Assembly: GCA_963796275.1 (NCBI GenBank)
Contig: CAWCKY010000006.1
Location: 1,824,001-1,888,000 of the forward strand
DNA: 64,000 nt
Reading direction: 5' to 3'
Source: an uncultured Acidobacteriota bacterium
GTDB lineage: Bacteria; Acidobacteriota; Blastocatellia; RBC074
The stretch's first letter is position 1; each line of letters begins with the position of its first letter. Shown piece by piece: positions 57,380 through 64,000 of the stretch. A program made the position numbers and the translations under genes. Below the pieces are notes generated by a model, which ran no database searches, was not told the DNA's origin, and saw only the letters and a list, made by a program, of their open reading frames with translations.

Positions 57380-60274
57380 ATGTTCACCCGGTTGGACTCG
57401 CCTATTCGCATGTTTCTCACCCTCTGCACTTTGGGCATCATATTTGCCGCGCCGGCAAGCGCGCAAGAACCGCGGCTGGAACAGGAACCCCGTGAGGGGA
57501 ACGGCGCGATGACGCGGGCGCCTAAAATCGAACCACCCATCCTGGGAGGAACGTGGCGGCCATTCGGGCCGGCCCCGAAAGTGAACGGTCAATCGGAGAA
57601 CGCGCAGCCCAATAACGGTGTGGGGGGAGCCGTTCACACTCTGGCGCCTCATCCGACTGATGCCAATCTCCTATATATCGGTACAGTCAACGGCGGAATC
57701 TGGAAAACGACGAATGCCGCTTCGGCCAGCCCGAGCTGGGTGCAGCAGACCGACCCGCAGACATCGCTCTCGATAGGAGCACTTGAGTTCGACCCCACCG
57801 ATTCCACCCGCCAGACCCTGGTTGCGGGAATAGGAAGGTTCAGCAGTTTCGCCAGCCGGGGCGGGCAGCGGCTGGGATTGCTGCGCACGATGGACGGCGG
57901 CACCCGCTGGACGAGTATCGACGGCGGCGGCGTGCTGGTTGGCAAGAACATCTCCGGCGTCGCGCCCCGCGGTCCGATTATAGTCGTCTCGGTCAATACG
58001 GCTGACAGTAATACATTTCCGCAAATCGGCATCTTTCGCAGCACTGATTTCGGCGCAACGTTCACACAGATTTCCAACGGCAATGGTTCGGCGACGGGGT
58101 TGCCCGGCGGCGTGTCGAACGATCTGGTGGGAGATCCAACCAATCCCGCCCGCTTATTCACATCGGTGGTCTTTGCAACCACAGTGGGCGGGCTCAACGG
58201 GATCTATAGAAGCACCAATACCGGCGCAAACTGGACCAAGGTGAGCAACGCGGCAATGGACTCGCTGATCATCAGCGGCACTACCAACAATATCGAAATG
58301 GCGGTTGGCCGAGATAACAACGTCTACGCGGCGATCGTCAATTCGGGCCGTCTGGCCGGCCTTTTTCGTTCAGGCGATGGGGGAGAAACCTGGGTGGCGC
58401 TCGACGTGCCGAACACGCATCCCGGCGGCCAGGGTGGCATCCACCTTTCGATCGTGGCCGATCCCGGAAATTCGAACATCGTTTACATCGGAGGAGACCG
58501 CGCCGATATCGGCGTCTTCGGTGCGCGTGATTTTTCGGGCAGACTCTTTCGCTGCGATGCAACAGCGGCAGCGGGCAGCCAGTGCGTGCATCTGACTCAT
58601 TCGAGTACGTCAGGACCTGCGGGCGGGGGGACGCTCAGCATGAGTTCGCCGCACGCCGACTCGCGCGAGCTGGCGTTCGATGCCACTGGAAATCTTCTCG
58701 AATCCGACGATGGAGGAGTGTTCCGGCGAACGAGTCCGAGAAACAATCAGGGCGACTGGTTCTCTATTACCAATAATATCCAGGCGTTCGAGCTTCACAG
58801 CATCGCGTACGACTCCAACGCCAAGATCGTCATTGGCGGATCACAGGACAACGGGACGGGGAGTCAGAATTCGCCGGGCTCAACGCTGTGGGATAACGTC
58901 AGCGGGGGAGACGGAGGCGATGTCGCGGTTGATGCCACCAGCACACCAGGTTTATCGAGCCGTTACTCGAGCAGCCAAAATCTGGGCAACTTCAGACGGC
59001 GCATCTACAGTGCGAATAACGTCCTGCAGCGCACGGTGGCTCCCGCTCGGCAGTTGGTCGGAGGTGGCGCGTCTCTGCAGCCAACCTTCGTAACTCCGAT
59101 CAGGCTCAACGCGGTCAACCCTTTGCGCCTGATCATCGCCGGGGCGAACGCCGTATATGAATCGTTCGATCAGGGCGAGACGATTCGGCAGCTTCTACCG
59201 GCGGTGCCGGTCAATTCGCTCGGCAGTCACCCGATCGCCTATGGCGCCGCAGGCAATCCGGACATTTTATATATCAGCTCGGGAGACCGAGTCTTCGTAA
59301 GAACAGATCCTCCGCCCGCGGGTCTCGTGCAGTCGACCACTTTCCCGGGCACCGGATCCGGGCGAGCCGTCGTAAATCTCGCGGGCGACCCATTGAATCC
59401 GATGACAGCAGGTGTGATCGACATTATCACCGTTTACCTCACGCGCAACGCGGGCAGTACCTGGACCAATATCACGGGAAACCTGCAGACGCTCAACCCC
59501 GGACAGCTTAGATCGATCGCGTTTGTATCGAATGCATCGGGGGATGCTATTGTCGTGGGAGCCAACAATGGAGTGTTTGTATCTCTGCCGGGATCAGGTT
59601 TCACGTTGTGGGACCGCCTCGGGAGCGGGTTCCCGAATGCTCAGGTCTACCATCTGGACTATAATAGCCTGGACGACATTCTTATTGCGGGAACGCTGGG
59701 TAGAGGCGCGTGGGCGCTGAACCATCCGGCATTCAGTGCGACTCTGTTTGCATCGACATTCGATGCATTGCCCGATGGATTCAAATTCCTCGCCGATGCC
59801 TTCGGAACCAATCAACCCGCATATGCCTCGGGCGGCCGCGTGAACGAGAGCGGATTTGGCGGCGGAGGTTTACGCGTGGTAGTGGGCGGGATCGACAATA
59901 ATGAAGTGCTCAATATGTCCGGCGGATGGCGGCGGTCGTTCTATCTCAGCTCCCCGCAGTCCGTGAGTGTGGGCTTCGATTTCAAAATGACGCAGACCCC
60001 GGATTACGAAACCGACGAATTCAGCGAGACGGTGGTTCGGTTCGATAATCAGGCGATCATCGAAGTCGCAAAAATCGCGGGTGACGGTAATGGGGGAGGA
60101 CCGATAACTACCGGTCCGACTTCTCGCGTAATAGACCTGGGATGTCTGCCTGCGGGTACGCGCACGGTCACCATCGGGTTGCGAAACAATAAGAAGACGC
60201 GAACCAGCCAATCAACGGAACTGCTGTTGGACAACGTCACTCTGAAGGCCAATGGCTCATGCGTGACGCCATAG
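57380..60274 (+). CDS. Exported BNR/Asp-box (VPS10/GH74-like) double beta-propeller protein with C-terminal beta-sandwich domain
   Basis: NGGIWKTTN, RSTDFGATF, RSGDGGETW, HADSR, DGGVF, GSQDNG, GGDGG, GTLGRGAW. Confidence 0.8.
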   Translation: MFTRLDSPIRMFLTLCTLGIIFAAPASAQEPRLEQEPREGNGAMTRAPKIEPPILGGTWRPFGPAPKVNGQSENAQPNNGVGGAVHTLAPHPTDANLLYIGTVNGGIWKTTNAASASPSWVQQTDPQTSLSIGALEFDPTDSTRQTLVAGIGRFSSFASRGGQRLGLLRTMDGGTRWTSIDGGGVLVGKNISGVAPRGPIIVVSVNTADSNTFPQIGIFRSTDFGATFTQISNGNGSATGLPGGVSNDLVGDPTNPARLFTSVVFATTVGGLNGIYRSTNTGANWTKVSNAAMDSLIISGTTNNIEMAVGRDNNVYAAIVNSGRLAGLFRSGDGGETWVALDVPNTHPGGQGGIHLSIVADPGNSNIVYIGGDRADIGVFGARDFSGRLFRCDATAAAGSQCVHLTHSSTSGPAGGGTLSMSSPHADSRELAFDATGNLLESDDGGVFRRTSPRNNQGDWFSITNNIQAFELHSIAYDSNAKIVIGGSQDNGTGSQNSPGSTLWDNVSGGDGGDVAVDATSTPGLSSRYSSSQNLGNFRRRIYSANNVLQRTVAPARQLVGGGASLQPTFVTPIRLNAVNPLRLIIAGANAVYESFDQGETIRQLLPAVPVNSLGSHPIAYGAAGNPDILYISSGDRVFVRTDPPPAGLVQSTTFPGTGSGRAVVNLAGDPLNPMTAGVIDIITVYLTRNAGSTWTNITGNLQTLNPGQLRSIAFVSNASGDAIVVGANNGVFVSLPGSGFTLWDRLGSGFPNAQVYHLDYNSLDDILIAGTLGRGAWALNHPAFSATLFASTFDALPDGFKFLADAFGTNQPAYASGGRVNESGFGGGGLRVVVGGIDNNEVLNMSGGWRRSFYLSSPQSVSVGFDFKMTQTPDYETDEFSETVVRFDNQAIIEVAKIAGDGNGGGPITTGPTSRVIDLGCLPAGTRTVTIGLRNNKKTRTSQSTELLLDNVTLKANGSCVTP

Positions 60275-60334
60275 TGGATCGTAACTGAGCTCAGACAGCG
60301 GTTTCTGCAGAGCGTCGGGATGGGCTGAGTTTTT

Positions 60335-60580
60335 GGAGTGCGGTAGCTTGCTTGCTACCGCTTTGGTAGTCCATTCCTCGACTTATGCTGTCGCTTAAAC
60401 TCACCCAGTGGCCTGCCACACAAACCGAGGATTGAGAATTGCTCGGTTGTCCATGAGACAGCCAATAAAGCAATGGACTACCAAAGCGGTACCAAGCTTG
60501 GGATACTAATGGCTACATTCCGCCGCGCCTCCGGCGCCAGAGAGTTTGCCAGTAGTATCTCAAGCTACCGCACTAAAAAG
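60335..60580. repeat. Nested REP-like element related to 18638-19070
   Basis: GGAGTGCGGTAGC...TACCGCTTTGGTAGTCCATT / AATGGACTACCAAAGCGGTA; 60511-60574 is nearly identical to 18998-19061. Confidence 0.8.
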
Positions 60581-60691
60581 CCTTAGCCATCCTCTGAATA
60601 TCAGTGGAACTTGTCTCGATTTCCCAAGAAATCGTGGAGTTTTGTGACACCGTTCTGCCATTTCGTTGCTGCCTGTCATATCGCATACGAC

Positions 60692-61084
60692 TCAGTCGGT
60701 AGTTTTGAACTGTTGATCTACTTCGACTTCATAGCCGCTCGCCAGGCGGTTGGTTTCATTGGCCATACCGACGACCGCCATCATTTCGCCAAACATGGCG
60801 TCGGTCAATCCTAACTCGCGGGCGGCCGCGATGTGTGATGCGATGCAATAGGCGCAGCCGTTCGTGGCGCTCACCGCGATATACAACATCTGTTTCGTGA
60901 GGGGATCCAGAATGCCGGGCCCCATTACCTGTTTGATACTCTCCCAGGTCCGCTTTAACGTCACCGGATCGTTCGCGAGAGCCTTCCAGAAATTATTGAC
61001 ACGGTCTGTCTTCCGCACAGCCATGATGTCGTCGTAAACGGCGCGCACCTCGGGGTTGGCGTCGGCATAATCAATCATTTTCAT
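60692..61084 (-). CDS. Carboxymuconolactone decarboxylase / AhpD-like protein
   Basis: NNFWKALA, AVSATNGCAYCIASH, VGMANETN. Confidence 0.88.
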   Translation of the reverse strand: MKMIDYADANPEVRAVYDDIMAVRKTDRVNNFWKALANDPVTLKRTWESIKQVMGPGILDPLTKQMLYIAVSATNGCAYCIASHIAAARELGLTDAMFGEMMAVVGMANETNRLASGYEVEVDQQFKTTD

Positions 61085-61275
61085 TTGTTAAATAAAGCCT
61101 CCTTTGTTTTGATCGGCCAGCTTCGGCGTCGTCCATCCTAGCATGACTTGTGCGCGGAGCGTCTTTCTCTGAGTTTGTCTTCTTCCCGGCTTCTTGGTTA
61201 TATCGTATTGAATCGTATATTATCGATCTGGTACTTTCGTGTAAATTTATAAACAACAGTATAGGAGCGCTCATT

Positions 61276-61677
61276 ATGGAACTGCTCAGATTGCATGAGG
61301 CTGCGCGGCTGGCGGGCGTCAGTTATCCGACGCTCAAGCAATGGATTTACAGGGGCAAGATCAAATCGGTGAAGACGGCTGGCGGTCATCACCGCATCCC
61401 GAGGAGCGAGATCGAGCGCCTGGCCGGGACAAATAAGGGTAAGGGTAAGCGGGAGAAGCCGATGGGACTGGACGCGATCAGCGGGCGCAACAAACTTTTG
61501 GGAAAAATCACGGAGATGCGGTTCGATGGGCTGCTAGCCCAGGTCAGCATCGATCTGGGCGGTCAGGTCATCACCTCGATCATTACGAGCGACGCGGCGC
61601 GCGAGTTGAGATTGAAGGAAGGCGTCTCCGTATATGCGCTCGTCAAGGCGACCGAGGTGATGATCATCAGAGGCTGA
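61276..61677 (+). CDS. Excisionase/MerR-like HTH + TOBE (Mop) molybdate-responsive regulator
   Basis: EAARLAGVSYPTLKQWI...KTAGGHHRI; SGRNKL.G...SIIT...L.L..G..V.ALVKATEV. Confidence 0.85.
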   Translation: MELLRLHEAARLAGVSYPTLKQWIYRGKIKSVKTAGGHHRIPRSEIERLAGTNKGKGKREKPMGLDAISGRNKLLGKITEMRFDGLLAQVSIDLGGQVITSIITSDAARELRLKEGVSVYALVKATEVMIIRG

Positions 61678-61731
61678 TCGCTTAATAAAACAATGGCAGT
61701 CGAACACATTTCATAATTGAGGCGCGTGATA

Positions 61732-62517
61732 ATGACGAGAAGATACCGTGCAGAACTGTTGCTGCTGAGCGTTTTTATGACCGCATGCGTTGGATTCGCG
61801 TGCCGTCATTCAGGCGATCCCGGGCCGGCTCGTGAGATTACAGTTTCCGCCGCGGTGAGTCTTAAAGATGCCTTTCGAGAGCTAAGCCGGCAGCATGCGG
61901 AGCGTGCCGGGACAAACGTCGTTTTTAATTTCGGCGCGTCGGGCGCACTGCAGAAACAGATTGAGTCCGGTGCGCCGGTCGATCTCTTCGCCAGCGCCGG
62001 TCGTCCGCAGATGGATGCGCTGGCGAAGCAAGAGTTGATCATACGGGAGACACAACGAGACTTCGCGCGCAACGAGCTGGTGCTGGTGGCGCCTGCCGAC
62101 CGTACGCCGGTTATTGCGTCCTTTGCCGCCCTGGGCGATACAAGGATCATGCGACTCGCGGTAGGAAACCCCAAGACCGTCCCCGCCGGGCAATATGCGG
62201 AGCAATCGCTCACTCGCCTCGGCCTGTGGCCGCAGCTGCAACCGCGGTTGATTCTGGCGGAAGATGTTCGGCAGGTGCTCGATTATGTCGCGCGCGGCGA
62301 GGTAGATGCCGGCATCGTCTACACCTCGGACGTTCGCGCCGCGGCGGATAGAGTACGGACCATTGCAACCGCGCCGGAAGATTCACATGATCCCATCCTG
62401 TATCCTATCGCCGTTGTGCGGGCGAGCAATTACCAGGATGCTGCGCGAGCCTTCATAGATACGGTAATGAGCGACGATGGCCAGCGCATCCTCGAGAAGT
62501 ACGGTTTTGCCCGGTGA
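61732..62517 (+). CDS. modA: Molybdate ABC transporter substrate-binding lipoprotein
   Basis: VSAAVSL, FGASGALQKQIESGAP, VPAGQYA, DVRQVL, DAGIVY. Confidence 0.93.
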   Translation: MTRRYRAELLLLSVFMTACVGFACRHSGDPGPAREITVSAAVSLKDAFRELSRQHAERAGTNVVFNFGASGALQKQIESGAPVDLFASAGRPQMDALAKQELIIRETQRDFARNELVLVAPADRTPVIASFAALGDTRIMRLAVGNPKTVPAGQYAEQSLTRLGLWPQLQPRLILAEDVRQVLDYVARGEVDAGIVYTSDVRAAADRVRTIATAPEDSHDPILYPIAVVRASNYQDAARAFIDTVMSDDGQRILEKYGFAR

Positions 62518-62521
62518 CTCG

Positions 62522-63187
62522 ATGATCTGGTCAGCATTCAAGCTTTCACTCTTAGTCTCGATAATCGCGACGATAATCGTGGTTTTGCTCGGTACATCCG
62601 TCGCGTTCGTTCTCGCCAAACGGAAGTTTCGCGGGCGCGAACTGTTCGATGCGATCGTGACTCTGCCGCTCGTCCTGCCGCCGACTGTAACGGGTTATTA
62701 TTTGATCGTACTGCTCGGCCGGCACGGCCTGATCGGAAAATACCTCTATGATCTCACGGGCTGGTCGGTAACCTTCACCTGGGCGGGAGCGGTGATCGCA
62801 GCGTCGGTGATGGCCCTGCCGTTGATGGTCAAGTCCGCGCGGGCGGCCATTGAAAGCGTCAATCCCATGTACGAAGTGGCGTCATATACGCTCGGAAAAA
62901 GCGAGTTGGAGACCTTCTTCCGCATCACGCTGCCGCTCGCGCGTCGCGGCATGTTAGCCGGCGTTGTGTTAAGTTTTGCGCGCGCTCTCGGTGAATTCGG
63001 CGCAACGCTGATGCTGGCCGGAAACATACCGGGGAAAACGCAGACGATGCCTCTCGCGATCTATGAGACCGTCGTTGCGGGGGAAAACCGCCAGGCGCAG
63101 ATGCTGGCCTTCATTTTGACCGCGTTATCTGTCGCCGCTATCTATTTGACCAACAAGTTGACGGGCGGCCGTACGCGTGAGATGTAA
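62522..63187 (+). CDS. modB: Molybdate ABC transporter permease
   Basis: LPLVLPPTVTGY, FARALGEFGAT, GNIPGKTQTMPLAIY. Confidence 0.95.
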   Translation: MIWSAFKLSLLVSIIATIIVVLLGTSVAFVLAKRKFRGRELFDAIVTLPLVLPPTVTGYYLIVLLGRHGLIGKYLYDLTGWSVTFTWAGAVIAASVMALPLMVKSARAAIESVNPMYEVASYTLGKSELETFFRITLPLARRGMLAGVVLSFARALGEFGATLMLAGNIPGKTQTMPLAIYETVVAGENRQAQMLAFILTALSVAAIYLTNKLTGGRTREM

Positions 63188-63197
63188 CTGAATATAG

Positions 63198-63941
63198 ATG
63201 CTGTACGTCTCGATCAGAAAAAGATACGGAAATAACGGGCGAAACGGGCGCGAGGATCGCGGCCGAAGCGCTGAACGGACATTCACCCTCGATCTCGAGT
63301 TTGCAGCGCCTGAGGGAGTTACGATACTCTTCGGTCCTTCCGGATCGGGGAAGACCACCTGCCTGCGCTCCGTTGCCGGCATCGTACGGCCAGATGAAGG
63401 GCGCATCTCGGTGGGCGAACGAGTTTACTTCGACTCGGCATCGGGCGCAGACCTCGCGATTCAGCAGCGCCGGGTCGGGTTAGTGTTCCAGGATTACCTG
63501 CTTTTCCCTCACCTCACGGCGGAGCAGAATGTAGCGTACGGTGTGCGTTCAGGGGCTGCTGAAGGCAGCATCAGCAAGGCTGATAAGCAGAGACGAGCGC
63601 TGGAGTTGCTTTCTATCCTGGGCATCGAGTACACGGCCGGCCAATACCCGCGCGAGCTGTCGGGCGGCGAGAGCCAGCGCGTCGCACTGGCGCGTGCCCT
63701 CGCGAGCGATCCGGAGCTGGTCTTGCTCGACGAGCCGCTCTCGGCCGTCGATGTATCGACCCGCACGCGCCTGTTGGCGGAGATAGACGCGACGCAACGA
63801 AGAACGGGTATTCCGTTTCTCTACGTGACACACAATGTGTCAGAGGCAATCGAGATAGGAGATTATGTTGTAGTGCTAAATGATGGCCGGGTAGTACAGC
63901 ATGGATACCCGCGAGAAGTGATGCTCATCCAGAGTGAATAG
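63198..63941 (+). CDS. modC: Molybdate ABC transporter ATPase (no TOBE tail)
   Basis: [32 protein letters not shown]. Confidence 0.9.
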   Translation: MLYVSIRKRYGNNGRNGREDRGRSAERTFTLDLEFAAPEGVTILFGPSGSGKTTCLRSVAGIVRPDEGRISVGERVYFDSASGADLAIQQRRVGLVFQDYLLFPHLTAEQNVAYGVRSGAAEGSISKADKQRRALELLSILGIEYTAGQYPRELSGGESQRVALARALASDPELVLLDEPLSAVDVSTRTRLLAEIDATQRRTGIPFLYVTHNVSEAIEIGDYVVVLNDGRVVQHGYPREVMLIQSE

Positions 63942-64000
63942 ACATCGAGGCCGGAACAATAGAAATCAAAAGTCAAATCTCAATAAAGGAGGCCGGCACT

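Overview
64 kb of bacterial chromosome, most likely Acidobacteriota (inferred from the Oar-type TonB-dependent receptors with N-terminal carboxypeptidase-regulatory-like domains, ADOP-type permeases and a TonB C-terminal relic). From left to right it holds: a Fur-boxed desferrioxamine/bisucaberin-type siderophore operon (cut off by the window edge); an O-methyltransferase and a BtpA gene; a JmjC oxygenase + sucrase/ferredoxin pair preceded by an unannotated 54-aa acidic peptide (best candidate for a new RiPP-like system); a TBDT/MetX-like/NTF2 operon; a VOC-DUF1801-nucleotidyltransferase-ABC-UvrA paralogue cluster; and a 1056-aa membrane-anchored ECF sigma/anti-sigma fusion beside two TBDTs. 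Further right are an ADOP pseudogene, NAT + LysE genes bracketed by inverted MITE copies, MocR/AhpD genes, a frameshifted ECF42 sigma with three matching promoters in the window, a sigma54 two-component system, DUF899, a yybP-ykoY riboswitch-TerC unit, a large beta-propeller protein and modABC. Intergenic DNA carries many nested REP-like palindromes. No rRNA, tRNA, CRISPR array or transposase was seen. All family calls come from reading motifs by eye; no searches were run.
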